Made by a program: the position numbers and the translations under genes. From Polyangiaceae bacterium (GTDB taxonomy: Bacteria; Myxococcota_A; Polyangia; Polyangiales; Polyangiaceae), in NCBI GenBank assembly GCA_965222375.1, contig CBDCTZ010000016.1, positions 2,880,001 to 2,944,000 of the forward strand: DNA of 64,000 nt, given 5' to 3'. The notes under the pieces are model-generated. The model was not told where the DNA came from. It saw only the letters and a program-made list of their open reading frames with translations, and did no database searches. The stretch's first letter is position 1; each line of letters starts with the position of its first letter. Of the stretch, positions 37,930 to 47,583 are shown piece after piece.

Positions 37930-38632
37930 AAGCGATGCGCCGATCCGAAGCCAGGTAGCCAGCTATTCCCTCCTGCTCGGCCACGCGTTGCGCCAGCGCC
38001 ATCACGTTCGGAAGCTCGTGGCTCAAGCGCCCGAAGGCGTTCGGAAAAGCGTAGCGCAGACCCGCGACGACCTGGAGCAGCGAGAGATCGACGTAGGACA
38101 GAGTCTTTCCCAATGTCCAGCGGCGCTGCGCTTCGGAGTTCTGCTCCAGAGTGCGCTCGAAGTAGCGTAGATACTTGGGCATGCGTTCGTTGACGAAAGC
38201 TTGAGAGCGGCGTCGGGCAACGTCTGCCTGCTCTTCGAAGTGTTGCATGGGTGAGATGGGGTGGTGGGTGTCGTGCACTTCGCTGACCAGGTCAGCGATC
38301 GTCAGCTGGTAGGCCAACGCCCTGGAGCGCGATGCCGGGTCTTCGGCGACGAGGCCTAGAACTGGAGCGATCGCGTTGAGAATAGCAGCGCTCTGCGCCA
38401 GGACCTGCCCATCGAACTTCAGCACCGGCGGGGCAAAGGGTAGCCCGTCATCGCCGCCATCTTGCAGGATGGTGATCAGTGCCGCGACACCACCACCGGC
38501 TTTCGAGGGTTGCCGGGCAACGTCCACGTAAGCTTGCCCTGCGGCTTCGAAGGCCAAGCGGACGAATTCTCCTCGGCCTTGAATCGTGGGCCAGTAGTAC
38601 AGGGCGTAGCCCGTGGCCTCCTCGCTGCTCAT
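37883..38632 (-). CDS. Glutathione S-transferase
   Basis: LYYWPTIQGRGEFVRL, PFAPPVL, AQSAAIL, LSYVDLSL. Start at MSSEEA. Confidence 0.9.
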   Translation of the reverse strand: MSSEEATGYALYYWPTIQGRGEFVRLAFEAAGQAYVDVARQPSKAGGGVAALITILQDGGDDGLPFAPPVLKFDGQVLAQSAAILNAIAPVLGLVAEDPASRSRALAYQLTIADLVSEVHDTHHPISPMQHFEEQADVARRRSQAFVNERMPKYLRYFERTLEQNSEAQRRWTLGKTLSYVDLSLLQVVAGLRYAFPNAFGRLSHELPNVMALAQRVAEQEGIAGYLASDRRIAFNQNGIFRHYPELDP

Positions 38633-38759
38633 GAGACCAATTCCTAAGGTAGCGCGGGCTCCCTGCAAAGGCTCAAGGCTCTTGAAAATGTGCCGTTCTG
38701 ATGGCTGGAACATGTCATCCGCATGGCCCTCCATTGCTCCGCGTAGCGTGCCCCTGACC

Positions 38760-39056
38760 ATGATGCCCCCAAGGGGGAGAGCGAGCTTTTCTGCGCTCGT
38801 TTTGGTCGCAATCGCTTGGGTTTTGTTGGGTTTGGTCTTCGCGCTGAGGACAGAGCTGGCGGACGAGTATGTGCGCAGCGAGGCGTGGCGGGGACAGCTA
38901 CGTCGCGTACTTTTGGGTGTTTCCGGGCTCCTGGCGCTGGGCAGCCTCGTGCCTGCCATCAGCGGTGTCCGGAGGGCGGCACTTCGGTCTGGGCTCGCCG
39001 TGCTGCTGGCCGTTGGCTGGTGCGTGCTGGTTGGCTGGCGATTGCTCAGCAGCTGA
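38760..39056 (+). CDS. Small membrane protein (3 predicted TM helices)
   Basis: Three hydrophobic stretches; first gene of a + strand run. Confidence 0.5.
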   Translation: MMPPRGRASFSALVLVAIAWVLLGLVFALRTELADEYVRSEAWRGQLRRVLLGVSGLLALGSLVPAISGVRRAALRSGLAVLLAVGWCVLVGWRLLSS

Positions 39057-39101
39057 GGCGATACTCGGTTCGAGGCTGCTCCCGAGTTATACTTCCGAGG
39101 T

Positions 39102-39950
39102 ATGCGCCCCCAGGCCACGGCTATTGTCGCGTTCACGTTGAGCGGGTGCGCTGACAAGCCCGAGCCCATCGACAAGCCCGAGCCGCCCGATATGAGCGAT
39201 GTGGTGGCGCGATTCGAACAGCCGACGGGTGTTTTCGACGCAGCTGGTGCCCAGAGAATCCTCGATGCTTATGCGGCCCAAGCGCTTCAGATCACTGAAC
39301 TCGGTCTGCACGAGAGCGTTATTCAGTCGTTGCAAGCTTCGCTGGATGAAGCGCTGCGTGAAAGCAAGGAAACCCAAGGCTTCGATCCCGGTTCTGGAGA
39401 TGGAGAGGCCGTGGCCACCACGCAGGCAGCCCTGTCATTGCAGGCCAACGGCACGATAGGCATCAAGCGCATTTGTGACGGGTGGGCGGCGATGCCGGCG
39501 CCAGACCCTGACAACGGTTCGTTGACGTTGCGGGTGAACTTTTCGGAGCAAGGATTGGACCCAGTTGTATGGGGCGAAGCACTCGCGTGTCGCTATCTAG
39601 CGCCTGCGGATGCCCGAGTGCTGGTGGACGACGGCTCTGGCCGCAAGGGTGATTTGCGTATTTGGCTCGGCCGATCCGCGACCTTCGAGAACTTCGGTGA
39701 CGAATCCCTTCTCTTCGACTTGGACCTGAGCGCAGAGGTGCAAGGGGTGAGTTCGGCGGCGGTGCTTTCTTTTCGCTTCGACCCCGTCGATGGCGCTGTC
39801 GCAGTCTCCGTGGACGCTCAGCCAGGACACGTGGTCGTTTCCCCCACCAAACCGAATCAGCTTACGGTCTCGGCACAGAACGGTATGTTCGAGTGCGATC
39901 TGTCTGGCCAACAATGCACCTCGGACGTCGGTCAAAGCTTCAGTTACTGA
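39102..39950 (+). CDS. Hypothetical lipoprotein
   Basis: Lipobox LSGC; DKPEP tandem; beta-rich C-half. Confidence 0.65.
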   Translation: MRPQATAIVAFTLSGCADKPEPIDKPEPPDMSDVVARFEQPTGVFDAAGAQRILDAYAAQALQITELGLHESVIQSLQASLDEALRESKETQGFDPGSGDGEAVATTQAALSLQANGTIGIKRICDGWAAMPAPDPDNGSLTLRVNFSEQGLDPVVWGEALACRYLAPADARVLVDDGSGRKGDLRIWLGRSATFENFGDESLLFDLDLSAEVQGVSSAAVLSFRFDPVDGAVAVSVDAQPGHVVVSPTKPNQLTVSAQNGMFECDLSGQQCTSDVGQSFSY

Positions 39951-40747
39951 CGGTGGGGCTGGCGCTGCTGACCGCGGTGGAGGCTCTGGGCTACCACAGT
40001 GAAAAGGAGCGCATCACCGACCAGACCGCCTATACGCTGCCCGCGAAGCGGCTCAGGCTTGGCCTGTTCAAGCTCCAGTACGGGGTTTGGGATCCTCTGA
40101 CTGTAGGCACCTATACCTTGCCCTGGGTAGTTCGAACCGCGAACCTCCACGTCAAGGGGCGGCTCTATTTCGACGACCCCTGGGCAGTTGCCATGCACGT
40201 GGGTGGCTACCGTCTGGATGTCAGTAAGCTCAAGGCCTTCGAGGACGAGCCTGGCGACGCCATCATCACCATTGGCACATTCGAGCCCAGCGTTTCCTAT
40301 CGCTTCAACTCACGGTTTTCGCTCAGTGCCAGCGTGCCGTATACGGAAGTGCGCGCAGAAGGCAGCGTGAACACGGAAGCATTCGACGGTGCTCTCGCGG
40401 GCGCAGTGGACAATCTCCAAGTCACCAGCACCTTCGAGTGGCGAGTCAGTCGCTTGACAGCTTTGATCCTGCACGCGCGCTATCTGGTATTCCAGCGGGT
40501 CTTCGCAGATGGCAGCGCGACCCTCCGACCCGACGACTACACCACGGTCGTGGTTGACGCGGACGCGGAAAGTGACGCCCTCGACTTCGCAGGCGCGTGG
40601 TCCGTTGTGCCCTCCGTCTTCTTTTCCTGGAGTAGCTTCAACCTTCGGTTCGGCGTGGGCTACGGCAACTGGAGCATCCCACCCATCAACTTCGTGCTGC
40701 CCAAGAAGGTCCCGATCCCGGAACTGGAGCTTTTCTGGGTTTTTTAG
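39914..40747 (+). CDS. Hypothetical outer-membrane beta-barrel-like protein
   Basis: Signal peptide, TAYTL motif, alternating amphipathic strands, C-terminal aromatic ending LFWVF. Confidence 0.6.
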   Translation: MHLGRRSKLQLLTVGLALLTAVEALGYHSEKERITDQTAYTLPAKRLRLGLFKLQYGVWDPLTVGTYTLPWVVRTANLHVKGRLYFDDPWAVAMHVGGYRLDVSKLKAFEDEPGDAIITIGTFEPSVSYRFNSRFSLSASVPYTEVRAEGSVNTEAFDGALAGAVDNLQVTSTFEWRVSRLTALILHARYLVFQRVFADGSATLRPDDYTTVVVDADAESDALDFAGAWSVVPSVFFSWSSFNLRFGVGYGNWSIPPINFVLPKKVPIPELELFWVF

Positions 40748-40837
40748 CACTGACGCGCGTCCCATTCCGGCGTATTGGTATTTACGCCCAGGACAATCTC
40801 TGGCGGGGTACAGTACGGGCAAGGGAGCGAGTGAAAT

Positions 40838-41665
40838 ATGGATCCTTTTGCGCCGATCAACGGCATCTCATTGGAAAAGTACGCTGACTTGGGCGCCGCC
40901 CTCGACGGCAAGGAGAAAGACAAGAAAGCCGTCGCGGAGATCTTGGCCGCGGAGGGGGTCTCGGAGGCGGACTACGAAGCTGCCAAGACGGGGTGGACCG
41001 CACGCATGCAGGACATGTCCCTCATGGGCAAAGTCGCCACCGCGTTCATGCCGCTGTACCAGGCGGCACTGGCGAAGCGTAAGGGCGGTGCGGCGCGCGT
41101 CAGCTACGAGGACTTCGTGCACGTCAGCGCGTTGATCAAGATCTACGGTTACGAAGCTGCGGTCCAAACAGTCGGCGTTTCAGGTAGCGAGTGGGCGGAA
41201 GCCGCCGGTGCTTGGACCCAAGAGATGACCGCCAAGATGCAGCAGTACGCTGGCCACCACGGTAACGTCTCCCAAGAGGAGGCCAAGATTCGCGGTGGTG
41301 CGCAGCCGCGCAAGATCCAGATCACCCGGGACTCCAGTGCCGCCGCAATGGCGCAGCCGGATGCCGCTGCGGTTCAGGCACAAGCGAGCATGGACCCCGT
41401 CGCGGCAGCAATGCAAAACCCCGCGATGGTTCAAGCTCAACAAGCACAGGCGGCGATCATGCAGAACCCGATCGGTTTCGGCCTGGGCCAAGCTGCGAAC
41501 TTCGTCACTGGCGGAATCGTCGCAGGCTCCAAGGTCGGTGTGAAGTGGTCCGACGGGAACCAATACCCTGGCAGCGTCATGCAGGCGGCGCCGGGCCAAT
41601 ACCTCGTGCAGTTCGAGAACGGTTCGCAGCAGTGGATCCCAGAGAACTCCGTCGTGAAGCTCTGA
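40838..41665 (+). CDS. Hypothetical protein: duplicated helical domain, Q/A-rich linker, Tudor/SH3-like C-terminus
   Basis: RBS upstream; repeated S.E.Y/F...GVS..(Y/W)..A..GW/AW...M units; C-terminus VGVKWSDGNQYPGSV...YLVQFENGSQQWI. Confidence 0.75.
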   Translation: MDPFAPINGISLEKYADLGAALDGKEKDKKAVAEILAAEGVSEADYEAAKTGWTARMQDMSLMGKVATAFMPLYQAALAKRKGGAARVSYEDFVHVSALIKIYGYEAAVQTVGVSGSEWAEAAGAWTQEMTAKMQQYAGHHGNVSQEEAKIRGGAQPRKIQITRDSSAAAMAQPDAAAVQAQASMDPVAAAMQNPAMVQAQQAQAAIMQNPIGFGLGQAANFVTGGIVAGSKVGVKWSDGNQYPGSVMQAAPGQYLVQFENGSQQWIPENSVVKL

Positions 41666-41669
41666 GCTG

Positions 41670-42035
41670 ATGAACTGCGAACACTGCGGCGCCAACCTGT
41701 CCCTGGAGGACATGACCAAGCCGAACTGCCCGTTCTGCAAGAACGTGCTCAAGCACCACGCGCGGGCCGCAGAGCACGCGGTGCTGGTCAACAAGATGAT
41801 GGCCGATCGGATCGGGGCTCAATACCCCGGCCTCAAGCCCGGCGAAGTGCCGCAAATCGGTTACCAGTTCGGTGCGCCAATGGATCCTTCCTTTGGCCGA
41901 TTCCAAGCGGCGCAGACCGAGAAGGCGGTAAAACGAGCGGCGTGGATCACGATCGTCGCGTTCATCGTGCCAGTCGTGCTCGTGATCGGGATTGCGATGG
42001 TGATCGCGGTGTGGCTCTTCTTCGTCGCCGTGTAG
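41670..42035 (+). CDS. Zinc-ribbon membrane protein
   Basis: CEHCG...CPFC at the N-terminus, single C-terminal TM helix. Confidence 0.7.
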   Translation: MNCEHCGANLSLEDMTKPNCPFCKNVLKHHARAAEHAVLVNKMMADRIGAQYPGLKPGEVPQIGYQFGAPMDPSFGRFQAAQTEKAVKRAAWITIVAFIVPVVLVIGIAMVIAVWLFFVAV

Positions 42036-42059
42036 TGTCTGCCCCAGGAGGCCCTGGAA

Positions 42060-42878
42060 TCAGAAGCGGCTACCGACCCGGAGCATGGCTCCGCGATCTT
42101 GGTCAGTGGCTGTCGTCGGCCCGGCGGAAAAGAACAGGTAGCCGGCGGTCCCCAAGGCGCCGGCCGATGCCAGCAAGGAAATGTCCGCCAGCAAGTAGCT
42201 CCGGTGCATACGATCGGCTTGAGACTGCGGACAGCGCGGTGCGCAGCTGTCGCGCATTTCGCGCTCTCGGCTGCGTCCGTCTTGAGCGAAATAGACGAAT
42301 GAGCCCAGCGCCGCTGTGCCGACTCCGAGGGCGACCCACATCCAAGGGGTTGTCGCGCTCTGCGCCGCCGGCTTTTTCTCTGGCGACACAGGCTCGGCGG
42401 GACGGGGCTTCAGGGCTTCGGTTGGAAAAACGACTCGGAGCGTCTTCTTGGCTTCACCCCGCTCGATCACGAATCCAAGCTCGCGGGTGTTGCCGTCGAA
42501 CAGCCGGACGCGTAAGCGCCTCTTTCCCGGATCGAGGCGAGTCGGCCTGGTTTCCGAAAGCGCCACCGGCGTCCCGTCTATCTCGACGTCCCGCACTTCC
42601 AGCTCGCGGCCGCTAGCGTCTCGGACGACGAGGAGAATGCTCGGCGTCTCCCTCTCGAGCTCTCGAGCCAACCGGCTGCACTCCTCCCGGATCATCCCTG
42701 GACAGGGTGCTTTGCTGCATGTGCGGAGCGACGCCCCTGCGCTGAGCAATCGGCCATCCTGCTTGTCCTTCAGCGCTTGCTCGTGGGTTTCGATGCAGGC
42801 GGTGCCTTCAGACTGCGCAAGGGCGAGCTGGGGTGCGAGAAGTGCTGCCAGGCCCAACAGCCAGAATGGGCGGCTCAC
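42060..42878 (-). CDS. Exported PEGA-like domain protein (kinase partner)
   Basis: Signal peptide, C..C..CP....EC motif, V.IDG.....LDPG PEGA-like strand pattern, two C-terminal hydrophobic helices. GTGA overlap with the kinase. Confidence 0.7.
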   Translation of the reverse strand: MSRPFWLLGLAALLAPQLALAQSEGTACIETHEQALKDKQDGRLLSAGASLRTCSKAPCPGMIREECSRLARELERETPSILLVVRDASGRELEVRDVEIDGTPVALSETRPTRLDPGKRRLRVRLFDGNTRELGFVIERGEAKKTLRVVFPTEALKPRPAEPVSPEKKPAAQSATTPWMWVALGVGTAALGSFVYFAQDGRSREREMRDSCAPRCPQSQADRMHRSYLLADISLLASAGALGTAGYLFFSAGPTTATDQDRGAMLRVGSRF

Positions 42879-44389
42879 TTGAAGCACTCCCGGCGGAAGC
42901 GCTTGTTACCGCTCGCATCGATGACGTAGGGCGGGCTACACAACTTGGCTGTGCGCTCAGCCTTGCCGCGTGTGGGTTGGGCCTCAGCGCGGCGGGGCTG
43001 GGAGCGCCGCCGAGTTTTCTGAGGGGGCAGCTCGTCAAGGGACTTTGGTGGGGCGAGTACCGCCTGTGATCCTTCGGCGCGCAGCACTCCATGCCGTTCG
43101 AGCTGGAGGGCCGACTCGCCCAGCAAAGCGATCGAGCAGATGAGGGCGACGAGTGCGGCACTCGCTGCAGCCGCCACGGTTGCGAGGCGGTTCCTGCGCG
43201 CGCGCTGCGTTCGTTCCGTCCATTCGGAAACCTCCTCGTCCTGTCCCTCGTTTGCCGGGCAAGAACTCGCGGATCGCACGATCTGGTGAAGGGGCGGTGT
43301 GGGCACGATCCCGTCCTCGATGTGCGTCGCGAAGTCCGAAGTGTCGACCAAGCTGCTCTGCTCGGCTCGCGCGATGCCGCGGGCGCGCTCGCGCAGCAGC
43401 TGCCCAGAGACTTGTTCGACCCAAGCACCGATTTCGATGGTGCTTGCGGGGGGCTCAGCCAGCGCCAGGGCCCGCGCCATGTCGCGAGCGGAGGCGTATC
43501 GGTGTTCTGGGCGATAGGACAGTGCGCGCAGTACGACCCGCGCCAACGCGGAGCTGATGCGGACATAGCTACCCGGATTCGGCACGTCGTCCGCGAGAAT
43601 GCGTGCCATGATTTCGCCGGGGCTCTGACCATCGAAGAGCCGCCGTCCGGTCAAACACTCCCACGCCACGACAGCGGCCGAGAACAAGTCCGAGCGGCGA
43701 TCGACGCTGAGTCCGGAGACCTGTTCTGGGGACAGGTAGCGCAACTTGCCTTTGACCTGGCCGCCGCGGGTACTCGAAACCCGGGAGGCGGCTTTGGCAA
43801 TACCGAAGTCGACGATGCGCACGATGCCTTCGACACCGAGCATCACGTTCTGTGGCGACACGTCTCGGTGCACGATGTCGAGGGGGGCTCCGTCTTCACC
43901 CCGGGCCTCGTGGGCCGCGTGTAGCCCCTGGAGCATTTGCACCAGAATGCCCGTGACGATTGCCGGCGTTGGCAGGCAATCGACGGCGTGTGCTGAGCGC
44001 ATGAGTTGCGACAGCGGTGCGCCTTCCACGTACTCCATGATCAACGAAACGTCGGCGCCGTTGCGTTCGACGTCCAGAGTCGCCACCACGTTTGGGTGGC
44101 GGATCCGGGCGGCGATGCGAGCCTCGTCGAGCAGCATGTCGACGAACTCGGGATCCTCGGCGCAGGCCGGATGAAGCTTCTTGATCGCCACGGCTCGGGT
44201 GAAGCCCTCCAGGCCCACGTGATGGCCGAGATAGACGGCAGCCATTCCACCGCTCGCGATGCGCTCCAGCACGCGATACCTGCTCACTGCCGGGGGTGCG
44301 CTGGACGTCCGGCGCGCGGTCCGGGACACTTCCCGGACCGAGCTGTCATCCAGCTCCTCATCGATGCCCACGTCGAAAGCGGCGCTCAT
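42875..44389 (-). CDS. Membrane Ser/Thr protein kinase
   Basis: IASGGMA.V, AIKKL, HRDVSPQN, DFGIAK, GKLRYLSPEQ, DLFS; TM helix; C-terminal CSPPY.ID..G.K.F..EC. Confidence 0.95.
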   Translation of the reverse strand: MSAAFDVGIDEELDDSSVREVSRTARRTSSAPPAVSRYRVLERIASGGMAAVYLGHHVGLEGFTRAVAIKKLHPACAEDPEFVDMLLDEARIAARIRHPNVVATLDVERNGADVSLIMEYVEGAPLSQLMRSAHAVDCLPTPAIVTGILVQMLQGLHAAHEARGEDGAPLDIVHRDVSPQNVMLGVEGIVRIVDFGIAKAASRVSSTRGGQVKGKLRYLSPEQVSGLSVDRRSDLFSAAVVAWECLTGRRLFDGQSPGEIMARILADDVPNPGSYVRISSALARVVLRALSYRPEHRYASARDMARALALAEPPASTIEIGAWVEQVSGQLLRERARGIARAEQSSLVDTSDFATHIEDGIVPTPPLHQIVRSASSCPANEGQDEEVSEWTERTQRARRNRLATVAAAASAALVALICSIALLGESALQLERHGVLRAEGSQAVLAPPKSLDELPPQKTRRRSQPRRAEAQPTRGKAERTAKLCSPPYVIDASGNKRFRRECFK

Positions 44390-44571
44390 GACGCACCGTC
44401 CCAGCGAGCGGCGCGGCGCGGCGTACCAGTGGTGGGTTGTTCCATACCGCCAGCTGGCAGCGGTACGAATGAAGAATTCGGACGGAACCCTCGTTCTTCT
44501 GCGGCTTTTGTCCTCCAGTTTCCCATGGCGTTACAGCTTCACTGCAATCGCTATACCGGCCCCCAGCGAGG

Positions 44572-45720
44572 TCAGCGAGGGGCGAGACTGGGGAAGTCGG
44601 CTCGGGTCTGCTCCTCGTCTCCGAAGATGATCCCCAGGGAACGGGCGGTCCGGACCAGTGGGTGGCCCCGGGTCACACGCTTGGGGTCGCTCACGGCGTC
44701 TGCGATGGGCACTGAGACGATGTCTGAACCCCGCAGCGCAGCCATACGGCCAAACTCACCCCGGGCAATCATGTGCACCGCATGCTCGCCATAGCGAGAG
44801 CCGAGGATGCGATCGAAGGCCGAGGGGCTGCCTCCCCGCTGAAGGTGACCCAGCACCGTGTAGCGCAGCTCCAGCTTGATCAACTCGTCCAGTCCCTCCG
44901 CGACTCGCGCGGCGGCGCCGTACAGCCTCGCCATAGCGCCAACTTCGCGCTTGCTCAGCACGCTCTCGCCGCCTTCGACGGGGTGGGCTCCTTCCGCGAC
45001 GACGATGATGCTGAAAGGGCGACCCGCGATGCGTCGCTGACGGATTTGCGCCGCGACGGGCTCGAGGCGATAGGGGATTTCCGGGATCAAAATGGCGTGG
45101 GCGCCTCCCGCCAGACCCGCGTGCAGCGCGATCCACCCTGCGTTGCGACCCATGACCTCCACCAGCATCACGCGGTCGTGGCTCTCCGCCGTGTCGCGCA
45201 GACGATCGATGGCGTCCGTGGCGATGTTGACGGCGGTATCGAATCCGAACGTCGTGTCCGTGCAACCCAGGTCGTTGTCGATCGTCTTGGGCACTCCAAC
45301 GATCTTGGAAAGACCACGCTCGACTGCTTTTGCCGCGATGTCCATGGACCCATCGCCACCCACGCTGACGAGGGCATCGAGATTCAGCGATTTGTAGTTT
45401 TCCAGAACCCGCTCGAAGACGTCCTCTTCTCGCCACTCGCCGTCTCGCTCTACCGGGAAACGAAACGGATCCGAACGGTTGCTGGTACCGATGCAGGTGC
45501 CGCCGCGCGCGACCAGATCGTCGACGTCTCGTTCTGTGAGCCAGGCGTTACCCCGGGGGCTACGGTAGTTCAGGTCCACCAGGCCGTTGAAGGCGTCCTC
45601 GATGCCCAAGACCTTCCAGCCGTATCCCCGAGTCGCGGTTCGCACCACGGCACGAATTACCGAGTTGAGCCCAGGGCAGTCGCCGCCGCCCGTCATGATT
45701 CCAATGCGCTCGATTGCCAT
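44572..45720 (-). CDS. pfkA: 6-phosphofructokinase (probably ATP-dependent)
   Basis: TGGGDCPGLN, GGDGS, PKTIDND, EVMGRNAG, LGHLQRGG. Confidence 0.93.
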   Translation of the reverse strand: MAIERIGIMTGGGDCPGLNSVIRAVVRTATRGYGWKVLGIEDAFNGLVDLNYRSPRGNAWLTERDVDDLVARGGTCIGTSNRSDPFRFPVERDGEWREEDVFERVLENYKSLNLDALVSVGGDGSMDIAAKAVERGLSKIVGVPKTIDNDLGCTDTTFGFDTAVNIATDAIDRLRDTAESHDRVMLVEVMGRNAGWIALHAGLAGGAHAILIPEIPYRLEPVAAQIRQRRIAGRPFSIIVVAEGAHPVEGGESVLSKREVGAMARLYGAAARVAEGLDELIKLELRYTVLGHLQRGGSPSAFDRILGSRYGEHAVHMIARGEFGRMAALRGSDIVSVPIADAVSDPKRVTRGHPLVRTARSLGIIFGDEEQTRADFPSLAPR

Positions 45721-45756
45721 TGCCGCGAGTCTACCAACTCGGCGCCCGACTTTGAA

Positions 45757-46431
45757 TCATTCGCGCATGTAGTGGCAGGTATAGCCGCCTGGATTCTTCT
45801 GAAGGTACTTTTGGTGGTATTCCTCGGCGCGAGTGAAGCCACTCGCCGGAGTGATCTCTGTCACGATCTTAGCTTGCCATTTGCCACTGGCGTCCACTCG
45901 GGTTTTCACGGCCTGTGCGATGCGCTTCTGCTCCGGCGTCAGGTAGAAAATCGCTGAGCGATACTGCGTGCCCACGTCGTTGCCTTGACGATTCTTGGTC
46001 GTCGGGTCGTGCATTCGGAAGAACCACTTCTCCAGCAGTTCCTCATAGCTGAGCTTCTCGGGGTTGAACGCGATGCGCACGGACTCAGAATGTCCAGTTT
46101 CGCCCGTCTTGACCTGCTCGTAGCCGGGCGACGCCGTTGTGCCACCGGTGTAGCCAACCTCGGTGGCAATGACCCCGGGAATGCTCCGGATGATTTCTTC
46201 CATGCCCCAGAAGCAGCCACCGGCCAGGATCGCGACCTCTTTGGGTTTTTCGCAGCCCGGCTCGCTGCGTACGCAGGTGCCGCCGAACAAGTTCGATTTG
46301 GCGGGGGGCTCGTACCGCGGCGATTCGGCGCTGGCCTTCTTGGCCTTGCCGGTGTGGTCGCTCTTGGTGCAACCCGTCAGCGTTGACGCCAGCGCCGCTA
46401 GCGCGGCGATCTGGAAGAAGCGGCGAGTCAT
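45757..46431 (-). CDS. msrA: Peptide-methionine (S)-S-oxide reductase with lipoprotein signal
   Basis: AGGCFWGME, GY.GG, HDPT..NRQGNDVGTQYRSAIF, AEEYHQKYL. N-terminus MTRRFFQIAALAALASTLTGC. Confidence 0.93.
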   Translation of the reverse strand: MTRRFFQIAALAALASTLTGCTKSDHTGKAKKASAESPRYEPPAKSNLFGGTCVRSEPGCEKPKEVAILAGGCFWGMEEIIRSIPGVIATEVGYTGGTTASPGYEQVKTGETGHSESVRIAFNPEKLSYEELLEKWFFRMHDPTTKNRQGNDVGTQYRSAIFYLTPEQKRIAQAVKTRVDASGKWQAKIVTEITPASGFTRAEEYHQKYLQKNPGGYTCHYMRE

Positions 46432-46585
46432 TGGTTTCGTCACATTCCAGCCTACGCGTTCGCTCTCGGGCTGGTTACCCTCCGGGGCGCGAGCCCAGGA
46501 GGGCCCCTTCGCCGGCCCGTTGGTCGTGCTTTGTCGCTCGGCTATCCCAGTGGCGCCTGCGTAAGTACGCGAAATCAGGCGAATA

Positions 46586-47554
46586 GTGACGCCAGTATGG
46601 TCAAATCCTGACATTGCTTCCGCTAGCTTTGGCGGGATGAGTGTCGCGTACCATATCGATCGAGCCACTGATGAGCGCGTGAGCTGGCTGAAGAGCATTC
46701 CGTTCATTCTGATGCACCTGATGCCCTTAGGCCTGTTCTGGACCGGCATTCAGCTCCGCGACGTGCTGCTCTGCGTTGCTTTGTACGTCGTGCGGATGTT
46801 CTTCATCACCGCCGGCTACCATCGCTATTTCGGCCATCGCTCCTACAAGATGGGGCGGATCATGCAGTTCATCATGGCCTTCGGCGGGGGCATGGCTGCG
46901 CAGAAGGGCGTACTGTGGTGGGCAGGTCACCATCGCGATCATCACAAGTACAGCGATACGGAAATGGACGTTCACTCCCCTAGGAAGGGCTTCTGGTGGA
47001 GCCATGTGGGGTGGATTCTGTGCACCAAATACGAAGAGACGCCGCTGCACCGCATCAAGGACTTCGCGAAGTATCCGGAGCTACGCTTCTTGAACAAGTA
47101 CCACTTGCTCCCCGCGACGATCCTGGGTGTGGCTTGCTTCGTGCTCGGCGGACCAGGCGCACTATTCGGCGGGTTCTTCCTGTCGACCGTGCTGCTCTAC
47201 CACGGCACGTTCACCATCAACTCTTTCACCCACATCTGGGGATCCCGTCGGTACAGCACGACGGACACTAGCAAGAACTCCTTGCTATTCGCTCTGATCA
47301 CGCTGGGTGAGGGTTGGCACAACAACCACCACTACTATCAGTCGAGCGCGAATCAGGGCTTTTTCTGGTGGGAGATCGACATCAGTTTCTACGTGCTCAA
47401 GGTTCTGTCTTGGGTTGGGCTGGTGCGGGATCTGCGCAAGCCATCCGCCAAAGTGCTCCGCAGCAACCTGGTCAGCGAAAAGGCCGTGGACGCAGGTAGT
47501 GAGTTGATTGCAGCTCAGGCCGCCGCGCTGAAGCCGGCGCAGCAGGCGTCCTAG
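46586..47554 (+). CDS. Acyl-CoA/acyl-lipid delta-9-type fatty acid desaturase
   Basis: His boxes YHRYFGH, HRDHH and EGWHNNHH. Start may be 46637. Confidence 0.92.
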   Translation: MTPVWSNPDIASASFGGMSVAYHIDRATDERVSWLKSIPFILMHLMPLGLFWTGIQLRDVLLCVALYVVRMFFITAGYHRYFGHRSYKMGRIMQFIMAFGGGMAAQKGVLWWAGHHRDHHKYSDTEMDVHSPRKGFWWSHVGWILCTKYEETPLHRIKDFAKYPELRFLNKYHLLPATILGVACFVLGGPGALFGGFFLSTVLLYHGTFTINSFTHIWGSRRYSTTDTSKNSLLFALITLGEGWHNNHHYYQSSANQGFFWWEIDISFYVLKVLSWVGLVRDLRKPSAKVLRSNLVSEKAVDAGSELIAAQAAALKPAQQAS

Positions 47555-47583
47555 GCGTTGTCAGCGACCCTAGACGCCCGACC

